Source: Nitrososphaerales archaeon (GTDB lineage: Archaea > Thermoproteota > Nitrososphaeria > Nitrososphaerales > UBA213). From it: a stretch of DNA of 64,000 nt. Under the pieces are notes generated by a model. That model saw nothing but the letters and a program-made list of their open reading frames with translations, did not search any database and was not told where the DNA came from. The stretch spans positions 7,468 through 71,467 of the forward strand of contig JBHICH010000002.1 in NCBI GenBank assembly GCA_046759465.1, written 5' to 3'. Made by a program: the position numbers and the translations under genes. Below, one piece after another: positions 56,362-64,000 of this stretch (positions are counted from its first letter, which is position 1; each line of letters starts with the position of its first letter).

Positions 56362-57105
56362 ATGGAAGCAAGTGCTCTAAAAGCAAGGTCAGGTATTCAT
56401 GGTTTTGACGAGATTCTGCTTGGTGGATTCCCAAAAGGTCGTTCAATCATACTATCTGGTCCTCCTGGTAGTGGAAAGACCACGTTTGCGATGCAATTCC
56501 TGTACAAGGGTGTTAAAGACTATGGGGAACCAGGGGTTTATGTTACGCTTGCAGAAAGTCCCGCGGAAATCAGGAAAAATATGAAGTCATATGGCTGGGA
56601 TATTCTAAAGCTAGAAAGAGATGGCAAGTTTTTTTTGATCGATGCTCAACCATTTTCTGTCGCCGAAGAAGGTTTTGTATCTCCCAATGAATCCCTTTAC
56701 AGAGGTGAATCTATGCCATTTTCGCATCTAACAGACATGATTCTTGCTGGAATACGGAGAATCGATGCCAAAAGGTTAGTAGTTGATTCAATAACCATCT
56801 TGGCCATGCAATACGTTAATAGGTTTTACATCCGTCAAGGTTTAATGGGTATGGTGCACGCACTTTCAAACCAGGATTGCACCTGCCTGCTAGTTTCTGA
56901 ATTAACACAAGAAGAGGGGAAAATACCTACTGAGTGGTACATCGCTCCGGGAGTGATACTGCTTCATTATACCAGGAAGGGAGACACCATGGAAAGGGCC
57001 GTACAGGTAATAAAGATGAGGGGAACGAGGCATGGAGAACAGATCTATCCTGTGAAGCTGAGCGAAACTGGATTTACAGTGCTCCAGCCTAGAGTGGTTC
57101 CCTAG
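56362..57105 (+). CDS. KaiC/RadA-like single-domain RecA-superfamily ATPase
   Basis: Walker A 'GPPGSGKTTFAMQF' and Walker B 'RLVVDSIT'. 247 aa. Confidence 0.8.
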   Translation: MEASALKARSGIHGFDEILLGGFPKGRSIILSGPPGSGKTTFAMQFLYKGVKDYGEPGVYVTLAESPAEIRKNMKSYGWDILKLERDGKFFLIDAQPFSVAEEGFVSPNESLYRGESMPFSHLTDMILAGIRRIDAKRLVVDSITILAMQYVNRFYIRQGLMGMVHALSNQDCTCLLVSELTQEEGKIPTEWYIAPGVILLHYTRKGDTMERAVQVIKMRGTRHGEQIYPVKLSETGFTVLQPRVVP

Positions 57106-57121
57106 TTATAAAAACAAGAAA

Positions 57122-58081
57122 TTACAGCCTTTTTACAGCCTCTTCATATGCAACAGAGTTTTTCCAGAGTTCCGAGAACAGTATATGCATTGCTTCTATG
57201 AATGGTTTGCAATCTGTCCACATGGCCAATATTCCTTTGTTGTCTGTTCTGCTGTTCTTTATGAAGAAGAGCAATTCAGAACGGTCGATCATTACAAAGC
57301 ATAACGGTGCATTTACGGTATTGGGGATGTGTTTTATTGCGTTTGAATTAACTCTCTCGAAAATTTCAAGCGAGTTAGATGAGAATGTTGTTAGGAGTTT
57401 TACTGTCACTCCAACGTTCATCAATTCGTTAAGACCGTCCATAAAATCATAATGGTAAAGTTTCATGTAATCTTTTTCATAGCCAAGAACAAGAACCTCC
57501 TGTCGCGCCTTTGTTCGCATATCTTTTGCTCTGGAATACACCTGCACCTGTCCCTCTAGTATTTGGAACTTTTCCTGATCAGAACCATCGTCTTCAATCT
57601 TAAAGTCTGGTATAGAACCCCATAATCTTAGCAGATCCTTTTCCTTTGTTTCGAATGTTCTTAACCGCTCCTTTTCTATATCTATCAGTATGTTCAGTGC
57701 CTTATCAAAAGGCACAGCATTGAATTTGATCGGATGCTGAAAAGTTGCTGTAACCAGACCCTTGTTCTGTAAACTCGATAGCAAATGATAGGTTTCTGTT
57801 CTTGGTATGTGAATCGACTTGGCAATCTCTACTGCGCGCTTGTGTCCATATTTCGCAAGGTAGATGTAGACTTTGGCTTCATTTGGCGTTAGCCCAAATT
57901 TTACGAGCTCACCTTGTACTTTGCTGGCTGGAGAATTGTTATCGACAGTCTCTTCCTCGGGTAACTCGTACACTTCACTTATAGGTCCTGACATATTGTC
58001 ATATGACACCATTTCTTGATTATAAGTACTTGTCAGGTTATTTAGTGACAGATAGTTTAAAGATCTAATAGGTCTGGGCAA
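57122..58081 (-). CDS. TrmB-family transcriptional regulator
   Basis: wHTH 'LTPNEAKVYIYLAKYGHKRAVEIAKSIHIPRTETYHLLSSLQNKGLV' plus a C-terminal effector-type domain. Confidence 0.75.
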   Translation of the reverse strand: MPRPIRSLNYLSLNNLTSTYNQEMVSYDNMSGPISEVYELPEEETVDNNSPASKVQGELVKFGLTPNEAKVYIYLAKYGHKRAVEIAKSIHIPRTETYHLLSSLQNKGLVTATFQHPIKFNAVPFDKALNILIDIEKERLRTFETKEKDLLRLWGSIPDFKIEDDGSDQEKFQILEGQVQVYSRAKDMRTKARQEVLVLGYEKDYMKLYHYDFMDGLNELMNVGVTVKLLTTFSSNSLEIFERVNSNAIKHIPNTVNAPLCFVMIDRSELLFFIKNSRTDNKGILAMWTDCKPFIEAMHILFSELWKNSVAYEEAVKRL

Positions 58082-58237
58082 AAATCTTCGATATCCTTCA
58101 AAATCAGGTTAATAAAAATAGTTTAGCATCCATGTAAATGGGTTTATTAGATATCTCATTGTTGCCAATGAACAAATGATCTATCGCAAGTATCTCATCA
58201 AATATTATATAGTTTAAGCAGGCAAACAGAATATCTC

Positions 58238-59248
58238 ATGTTTCCATTATACGATGAGAATCCAAGAGCGACAACCCCTTACGTGAACTATACGCTGCTA
58301 GCGATAAACTTTGCAGTATTCATCTGGGAAGCTGTGGTAACAGGTTTCTTCACGAATGTGGAGGCAACTCTGAGATTGTTCCTCGATTATGGTTTCGTAC
58401 CTGCCAAGTTCCTTGAAGGTGCTACGAGCATGAGAATAGATGCTTACTCTCCAATCATGAGTTCCATGTTCATGCATGGCGGAATAATGCACCTTCTTGG
58501 AAACATGCTCTTCCTGTGGATATTCGGAGATAACATCGAGGACAGGTTTGGTCATGGAAGGTATCTTGCTTCTTACCTGTTCTGGGGCTTTATTGCCACC
58601 ATGGCTCACATGGCATGGGCAATGAATGTTGGAGGTCAACAACTTCTCATACCGACGGTAGGTGCCTCGGGAGCAATATCAGGAGTTTTAGGTGCCTATG
58701 TCTTGATGTTTCCAAGAGCGAGAATTGTGACTCTGCTGTTCTTCTTCTTCATCACGACAACAAGGATACCTGCTTACGCTTACATCCTTATGTGGTTCAT
58801 TTTTCAGGTATTTTCAGCATCGTTTGGTGCTGGTGGAGGAGTAGCTTATCTGGCTCACATTGGTGGCTTTGCAATTGGTGTTGCCTTTGGTTTAAGTTAC
58901 AAGAGCTTAGCCAAGATAAGGCTGAGACTTGCATACATTCCAAAAGAATCTTACAAGAGAGAAGAAAAACCAATAGAGCCTAAAGAAACACAACAAATAG
59001 TAAGACCCTTACGAATGGAGGGAATCACAACAAGAGAGTATGTTGAGATATTGGTTGAGATGCCAGGAGTTAAGGAGAGAGACATATCGATCAACGTTTA
59101 CGACAACACTGTCTACATAGAAGCAGTAACAGAAGATGGCTACAGAAGGTACAAAGGCAAAGCAATTTTAAGGGCTGATGTAAGGCAAGAACCGGAGTTT
59201 ACGCATTACCTTAATGGCATCTTAAGGGTTAGATTGAAAAGAATATAA
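58238..59248 (+). CDS. Rhomboid intramembrane serine protease fused to a C-terminal alpha-crystallin (Hsp20-like) domain
   Basis: Rhomboid motifs 'HGGIMHLLGN', 'GASGAISGVLGAY', 'AHIGGFAIG'. C-terminal 'YVEILVEMPGVKERDISINVYDNTVYIEA...NGILRVRLK'. Confidence 0.8.
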   Translation: MFPLYDENPRATTPYVNYTLLAINFAVFIWEAVVTGFFTNVEATLRLFLDYGFVPAKFLEGATSMRIDAYSPIMSSMFMHGGIMHLLGNMLFLWIFGDNIEDRFGHGRYLASYLFWGFIATMAHMAWAMNVGGQQLLIPTVGASGAISGVLGAYVLMFPRARIVTLLFFFFITTTRIPAYAYILMWFIFQVFSASFGAGGGVAYLAHIGGFAIGVAFGLSYKSLAKIRLRLAYIPKESYKREEKPIEPKETQQIVRPLRMEGITTREYVEILVEMPGVKERDISINVYDNTVYIEAVTEDGYRRYKGKAILRADVRQEPEFTHYLNGILRVRLKRI

Positions 59249-59391
59249 TAAAAAATTTTTATCAGAATTCTCTATAGGAACCTCCGTATTTTCTGTGGCA
59301 AAATCTGGCCTGAACTGGAACTTGCCATTTTTTGTTTTTCTTGCGGTACTATCTAACATTTAAGAGCATGGTGAATTTTCTAACTTGGCAA

Positions 59392-59485
59392 TGGTGCGGT
59401 CGCCGGGATTCGAACCCGGGTCGCGGGCTCCCTTCGTTCTAAACATGGAAGGCCAGCGTCCTAGACCAAACTAGACGACGACCGC
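59392..59485 (-). tRNA. tRNA-Gly (anticodon UCC) with 16-nt intron at the canonical 37/38 position (59430-59445) and encoded CCA
   Basis: Hand fold. Acceptor GCGGTCG/CGACCGC. D-arm GTCT/GGAC. Anticodon loop CU-UCC-AA after splicing. T-arm CCGGG-TTCGAAT-CCCGG. The bulge-helix-bulge motif has bulge CAT, helix CTTC/GAAG and bulge GGA. Confidence 0.9.
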
Positions 59486-59507
59486 TCACAAATGCACAAA
59501 ATAAGCC

Positions 59508-60182
59508 CTACTTAAAAAGTATCTTTTCGCATTCATACAAAATTCTAGATATGACAAGATGAGCTTCTAAAGCACGATCGCTAATGGAATATGTATAATT
59601 TAATCTGTCAGAAACATTTTTGGAGAAACTACCTTTTGGGAATCCACCAATTACAATCGCAGTATGGTCGTCGAGCTGCTTTGCAACTTCTTCAGCACTA
59701 GATCTCGTGCCAGTTCTAGACAGACCCATTACTCTGGTGAGTTTTATCTTTTCTAAAAGCTCGCAAAATCCTATGCTCTTTATCTCCATCAGAACGCTGC
59801 TTTCAGTTTTTATCTGCCCCTTTTTGAACAGATCTTCGAGCAAACCCTCAAATCTGAAGTATGATTTGGGTACTCTGACATTTTCACCAACAAATATTAC
59901 CTTGTTTGCTACAGTGTGCAAATAAACTGCCAGCATATTTTTCTGATAGAGCGGAGTTGACGTAGCTTCAAGAATAGCAAAATGAATCAAGTCTGGCCTG
60001 CCTCTCTTAACAGCGTCTTTGAGCTTTAACATCGCAGCATGATGGTAACTTCGATCCAGCAGCATCTCATCTACAGACTTGCCTCTCTTGGAAGCTTGCT
60101 TCACGACTGAAGGATGCTTTGAAATAGCCTTTGGAACTGTTTCCAATGCAGCTTCAGCAATTATTAGTGACAGCAACAACAC
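59508..60182 (-). CDS. nep1: Nep1/Emg1 SSU rRNA pseudouridine-N1 methyltransferase (SPOUT)
   Basis: 'LIIAEAALETVP', 'LLDRSYHH', 'KRGRPDLIHFAILE'. Confidence 0.85.
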   Translation of the reverse strand: MLLLSLIIAEAALETVPKAISKHPSVVKQASKRGKSVDEMLLDRSYHHAAMLKLKDAVKRGRPDLIHFAILEATSTPLYQKNMLAVYLHTVANKVIFVGENVRVPKSYFRFEGLLEDLFKKGQIKTESSVLMEIKSIGFCELLEKIKLTRVMGLSRTGTRSSAEEVAKQLDDHTAIVIGGFPKGSFSKNVSDRLNYTYSISDRALEAHLVISRILYECEKILFK

Positions 60183-60215
60183 AATTTATGTAAGCAGTTA
60201 TGTATAGTTTGCATC

Positions 60216-60515
60216 GTGAAAAAATCACAAAAGGATCTAGTATTGCAGAGAATAGAGATACTTGTTCGCAATGCGCTCGAGACTGTACAGTATAATGCTG
60301 ATCTCGCACAAAAGCAAGCTATTTTGGCAAAAAGCATGAGCACGAAATTTAGAGTAAGACTGCCGTACAAAATAAGACAACTCTATTGTAAGAAGTGCAA
60401 GAGATTCATTGTGCCGGGTGTAAATGCAAGGATAAGAATTGGCAGAGCAAATGTTAGAGCCGTAAGAATAACTTGTTTAAACTGTGGACATGTTTATCGC
60501 AAAATAATAAAATAG
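60216..60515 (+). CDS. rnp4: RNase P protein component 4 (Rpp21/Rnp4)
   Basis: N-terminal helices plus Zn ribbon 'CKKCKRF...CLNCGH'. Confidence 0.85.
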   Translation: MKKSQKDLVLQRIEILVRNALETVQYNADLAQKQAILAKSMSTKFRVRLPYKIRQLYCKKCKRFIVPGVNARIRIGRANVRAVRITCLNCGHVYRKIIK

Positions 60516-60547
60516 CATTTATAAGGGATTGTCAAAAGTGGTTTGTG

Positions 60548-61003
60548 ATGGTAAAGGCATACGATGTACCAGCAGATCTGCTGATAGAAAGACTAGCCGA
60601 AGTGTTGAAGAAGGATTCAAAGATCGAACCACCACAATGGATATCATTTGTAAAGACTGGCTCACATACAGAGCGCGTTCCAGAAGATAAAGATTGGTGG
60701 TATGTTAGATGTGCCTCTCTATTGAGAAAGGTATACATAAATGGTCCAATTGGATTGTCGGATTTAAAATCTGCATATGGAGGAAGAAAGAAAGTAGGTT
60801 ATTCATTGGCACACCATCGTGATGCAGGTGGAACAATAATTAGAAAGGCCCTGCAACAATTGGAAGCTGCTGGTTATGTTGTGAAGGCAAATGGCAAGGG
60901 AAGGATGCTTACCCGCGAAGGTATGAAGAAGTTAGATGCGTTAAGCAAGGATATATACAAACAATTAGTAAAAACATCACCTGAGCTAAAGAGATATGCA
61001 TAG
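60548..61003 (+). CDS. rps19e: Ribosomal protein eS19 (start trimmed to ATG 60548; ORF track starts at 60473)
   Basis: 'VKAYDVPADLLIERLAEVLK', 'VKTGSHTERVPEDKDWWYVRCASLLRKVY', 'LQQLEAAGYV'. Confidence 0.9.
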   Translation: MVKAYDVPADLLIERLAEVLKKDSKIEPPQWISFVKTGSHTERVPEDKDWWYVRCASLLRKVYINGPIGLSDLKSAYGGRKKVGYSLAHHRDAGGTIIRKALQQLEAAGYVVKANGKGRMLTREGMKKLDALSKDIYKQLVKTSPELKRYA

Positions 61004-61288
61004 GTGATGCAGCTGGGACAAAACAACCAGGATGAAGAAAAAACAAAAGAGATGGAAGCTAAGATAGTGCGCGAACGTGTTCTGCGCGTCTTGCTAACCC
61101 CTGAAGCAAGGCAGAGACTGACTAATGTAAAGATAGTGAAGCCCGAACTCGCGAAGGCCGTTGAAGATTATATTATTTCGATGGGCTCGCAGGGAAGGCT
61201 GAACAAGGCACTTACTGATGATGAGTTGAAGCAGATACTTTCTTCGATACAGCAACCAAAGCGTGATTTCAAGATAAACTGGAAATAG
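61004..61288 (+). CDS. PDCD5/TFAR19-like dsDNA-binding protein (GTG 61004 or ATG 61007)
   Basis: 'LRVLLTPEARQRLTNVKIVKPELAKAVEDYII'. Confidence 0.75.
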   Translation: MMQLGQNNQDEEKTKEMEAKIVRERVLRVLLTPEARQRLTNVKIVKPELAKAVEDYIISMGSQGRLNKALTDDELKQILSSIQQPKRDFKINWK

Positions 61289-61291
61289 GTT

Positions 61292-61468
61292 CTAATGTCC
61301 CAACGCCTTGAATCTTATTGCTAATGCAATCAAAATCAGTCCAGTTATGATCAACATCATGCCCCTGGTGAATGCCCACACATCCACAGACAGAAAGATG
61401 GATAGACCACCTATAACTAGGAGTGCAATGCCAACCGCAAATCCTATGACGTAGAACTTGATTGCCAT
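61292..61468 (-). CDS. Hypothetical two-TM small membrane protein (58 aa)
   Basis: MAIKFYVIGFAVGIALLVIGGLSIFLSVDVWAFTRGMMLIITGLILIALAIRFKALGH. Confidence 0.4.
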   Translation of the reverse strand: MAIKFYVIGFAVGIALLVIGGLSIFLSVDVWAFTRGMMLIITGLILIALAIRFKALGH

Positions 61469-61586
61469 ATTCAGGCTACATGAAAAATTAATTTAAATAT
61501 TGTTATACACCAAATTTCTAAACTCTTTTGCACCTTGATTCTTTGCGCATAAAGTATATTAGTTCTTTTAACTTGGTTATTTTGCT

Positions 61587-62633
61587 ATGAGAGCAGTAGT
61601 ATTCAGAGAGCATGACAAAGATCCTCACAAAGTGCTAAAAGTTGAAGATATCGATATGCCAAGGATAAAGCCTGATGAGGTGCTGATAAATATTAAAGCA
61701 GCTGCATGCAACTACAACGATCTTTGGGCAATATGGGGCGAGCCTATTAAAGTGCCAATGCCGCACATTTCTGGAAGTGATGCAGCCGGTGAAGTGGTTG
61801 AGGTTGGCGAAGATGTAACTACATTCAAGAAAGGCGACAGAGTTGTTTCTCATTCGAACATGAGCTGCAGGGTTTGCTATGCATGCACATCTGGAAGGGA
61901 ATACGACTGCCCCAACAGGATTATATGGGGTTTCCAGACGGGTCCACTTTGGGGCGGCTTCTCGGAATATACTCATTTGCCAGAAGTTAACGTGGCTCAT
62001 ATGCCGAAGAACGCAACATTTGAGGAAGCAGCAGCAGTATCGATGGTTGGAATGACCGCATGGCACATGCTTGTTGGAAGGGCAAAGATACATCCGGGAC
62101 AGACAGTACTGATAATGGGAGGCAGCAGTGGAGTCGGATCAATGGGAACTCAGATCGCAAAGATCTTCAACTGTACTGTGATCGCAACAGCAGGGAATGA
62201 CGAAAAACTGAAGAAATGCAAGGATCTTGGTGCTGATTATGCAGTAAATCATAACGATCCAGAATGGTTCAAGAAGATTAGAGAAATTACAAATAAGCAG
62301 GGCGTTGATGTGATATTCGAGCACATAGGTCAAGTCGTTTGGGATAAAGAAATAGCGTTGTTGAAGTCGGGTGGCACGCTGGTAACAACAGGTGCTACTA
62401 CAGGGTACGATGCAAAGACAGACCTGCGATACGTCTTCTTCAAGGGTCTGAACATACTGGGCTCGACACAGGGCACGAAAGCTGAACTCATCGATGTATT
62501 GAGCTGGGTTGGGAATGGTAAGATCAGACCTGCGATAGATACTAAATTCGCGTTCGAAGAAGCTCCCAAGGCACACGAAAGGATGATGAGTAGACAGGCG
62601 TTTGGCAAGATCTTGATTGTGCCCACAACCTAA
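61587..62633 (+). CDS. Zinc-containing medium-chain dehydrogenase/reductase (MDR) family oxidoreductase
   Basis: 'GSDAAGEVVEVG', structural-Zn cluster 'CRVCYACTSGREYDC', and 'GGSSGVG'. Confidence 0.85.
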   Translation: MRAVVFREHDKDPHKVLKVEDIDMPRIKPDEVLINIKAAACNYNDLWAIWGEPIKVPMPHISGSDAAGEVVEVGEDVTTFKKGDRVVSHSNMSCRVCYACTSGREYDCPNRIIWGFQTGPLWGGFSEYTHLPEVNVAHMPKNATFEEAAAVSMVGMTAWHMLVGRAKIHPGQTVLIMGGSSGVGSMGTQIAKIFNCTVIATAGNDEKLKKCKDLGADYAVNHNDPEWFKKIREITNKQGVDVIFEHIGQVVWDKEIALLKSGGTLVTTGATTGYDAKTDLRYVFFKGLNILGSTQGTKAELIDVLSWVGNGKIRPAIDTKFAFEEAPKAHERMMSRQAFGKILIVPTT

Positions 62634-62822
62634 TTTTTTATTTCAGGTTCCGTAGTATAGTGTGTGTTTCGCTACTTTAGCAGTAGTAACGTGCAACTTG
62701 TCTTATCAGCCCATCATCTTTTGAGTCGTTCGCCACTTCATCGCAGCACCGCTCGAGGTGGATCAAAGATGCATCAGAGCTTTTCATAAATAATTTAACT
62801 ACCACTATCATTAGATCGCGTT

Positions 62823-63689
62823 ATGGCTAGACTACTTAGGGGCTTCCTATTTGTTCCCGGTAACAATAGACGCTTTATAGAAAAGGCAAAAACGCTCAAG
62901 GCAGATGTCATATGTTTAGATCTAGAAGATTCAGTTCCGTCGAATGACAAGGAGCATGCGAGACAGATGATCAGTGAAGTATTGAAAGCAGATTTAGAAT
63001 CTTCTAGCGAAGTTTATGTACGAATAAACTCGTTTGATTCAGGCTTGGCACAGGAAGACCTAAAGGCTGTTGTGCAAAATGAAATCAATGGTGTTGTAAT
63101 TCCAAAGGTCAACACTGAAGAAGAAGTTTGGGGGCTGTCAAAATTGATAACGACCCTGGAGCATCAAAGAAAAATCAAAGATGGCACAGTAGAAATGATG
63201 CCATCTATAGAAAATGCAAAAGGTGTTATCAACGCATTTAAAATTGCAGGTGCAAGTCCAAGAGTTTCAGCACTTATCTTCGGCGTTTTCGACTTTCTTT
63301 TTGATATGGGCCTTGAATATGTTGAAGGTGGCATCGAGTATAGTTATGCTAGGGCAAAGGTTCCTCTTGATGCGAGGGCTGCTGGTGTTTATGCAATTGA
63401 TTCAATATGGCAGAAGATTCAAGACATCGATGGTTTGATCAGAGATGCTACCATGGGCATGAGATTAGGGTACAAAGGAAAGAGCATAATTCATCCCTCT
63501 CAAATCGAGCCCGTGCATAAGATCTTTCTTCCAAACAAGGAAGAAGTAGAATGGGCAAGGAAGATCGTAGACGCTCTGTCCGACGCAATGAGCAAGGGCG
63601 TTGGTGCAATTAGGTTAGAAGGAAAGATGGTAGACAGGGTACATTATAAGAGGGCAAAAGCTTTGCTAGATGCTGTTACAATTAAATGA
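62823..63689 (+). CDS. HpcH/HpaI aldolase / citrate-lyase beta (CitE, malyl-CoA-lyase-like) family protein
   Basis: 'FVPGNNRRF', 'ICLDLEDSV', 'GKSIIHPSQI'. Confidence 0.8.
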   Translation: MARLLRGFLFVPGNNRRFIEKAKTLKADVICLDLEDSVPSNDKEHARQMISEVLKADLESSSEVYVRINSFDSGLAQEDLKAVVQNEINGVVIPKVNTEEEVWGLSKLITTLEHQRKIKDGTVEMMPSIENAKGVINAFKIAGASPRVSALIFGVFDFLFDMGLEYVEGGIEYSYARAKVPLDARAAGVYAIDSIWQKIQDIDGLIRDATMGMRLGYKGKSIIHPSQIEPVHKIFLPNKEEVEWARKIVDALSDAMSKGVGAIRLEGKMVDRVHYKRAKALLDAVTIK

Positions 63690-63854
63690 TAATAAATACC
63701 ATGTTAGTAAAAGAGATGGTGAAAGCAGTTGCAAGAGCCTAACAGTAATTTCTTTATAACTAAGACTGAGTTTTTGTTTGGTCTTAATGGAAACGACAGA
63801 CTTTCACTGTTCAAAGGTGAAGATTCATTCAATTAATAAGGAGTTTGTCAATGA

Positions 63855-64000
63855 ATGTTCACAGGCATAGTTCAAGGCCTTGGTAAGGTAGAGGCGATAG
63901 AGAAGGCTAAGGGAAATGGTAGATCTGCCTTCCTAAAGATCGACCTAGGCAAACTTGCTAAGAGTCTAAAGAGTGGTGATAGCGTTTCAATAAATGGGGT
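63855..64000 (+). CDS. ribE: Riboflavin synthase alpha chain (bacterial/eukaryal type), 5' partial at window edge
   Basis: Hand translation: 'MFTGIVQGLGKVEAIEK...GDSVSINGV'. This is the typical N-terminus. Confidence 0.6.
   Translation, partial: MFTGIVQGLGKVEAIEKAKGNGRSAFLKIDLGKLAKSLKSGDSVSING

Noticed and set aside
56362-58081. KaiC-like ATPase plus TrmB-like regulator as a functional two-gene module.
   Set aside because: The genes are convergent with a 16-nt gap between their stops, so they are not co-transcribed. Nothing else links them.
63690-63854. FMN riboswitch upstream of the riboflavin synthase gene.
   Set aside because: The 165-nt leader is AT-rich and lacks the conserved GC-rich helices and the AGGG/CCCU-type core expected of the FMN element.

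Overview
Gene-dense archaeal chromosomal segment with about 80 genes on both strands. Many neighbouring genes overlap by 4-20 nt, and many starts look leaderless. Evidence for an archaeal origin: (1) the archaeal CoA route (pantoate kinase plus phosphopantothenate synthetase alongside panB and coaBC); (2) a nine-gene A/V-type ATPase operon; (3) an eS19 / RNase P Rpp21 / Nep1 / PDCD5 block; (4) a CdvB (ESCRT-III) gene; (5) a thiolase plus DUF35 pair; (6) a tRNA-Gly(UCC) with a 16-nt bulge-helix-bulge intron. CdvB together with a SepF-like gene, UbiB and low GC suggests a TACK / Nitrososphaerota-like (thaumarchaeal) genome, but that is inference only. I saw no rRNA, CRISPR array, transposase or integrase. 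The most unusual items, in order of interest: (a) a 701-aa fusion of wHTH, ATP-cone and a class III RNR-like (NrdD-like) body directly upstream of the class II RNR gene, a candidate nucleotide-sensing regulator; (b) a compact divergent cassette of GIY-YIG + DUF72 | beta-CASP metallo-beta-lactamase + DUF72, a candidate nucleic-acid repair or processing module; (c) a rhomboid protease fused to a C-terminal alpha-crystallin (Hsp20) domain; (d) an ATPase operon that is visibly richer in GC than its flanks; (e) a stretch at 16.3-24.2 kb rich in small proteins, where several plausible genes fall below the 60-aa ORF-track cutoff, plus a GC-rich structured element. All family assignments come from reading motifs by eye. 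No database search was run.
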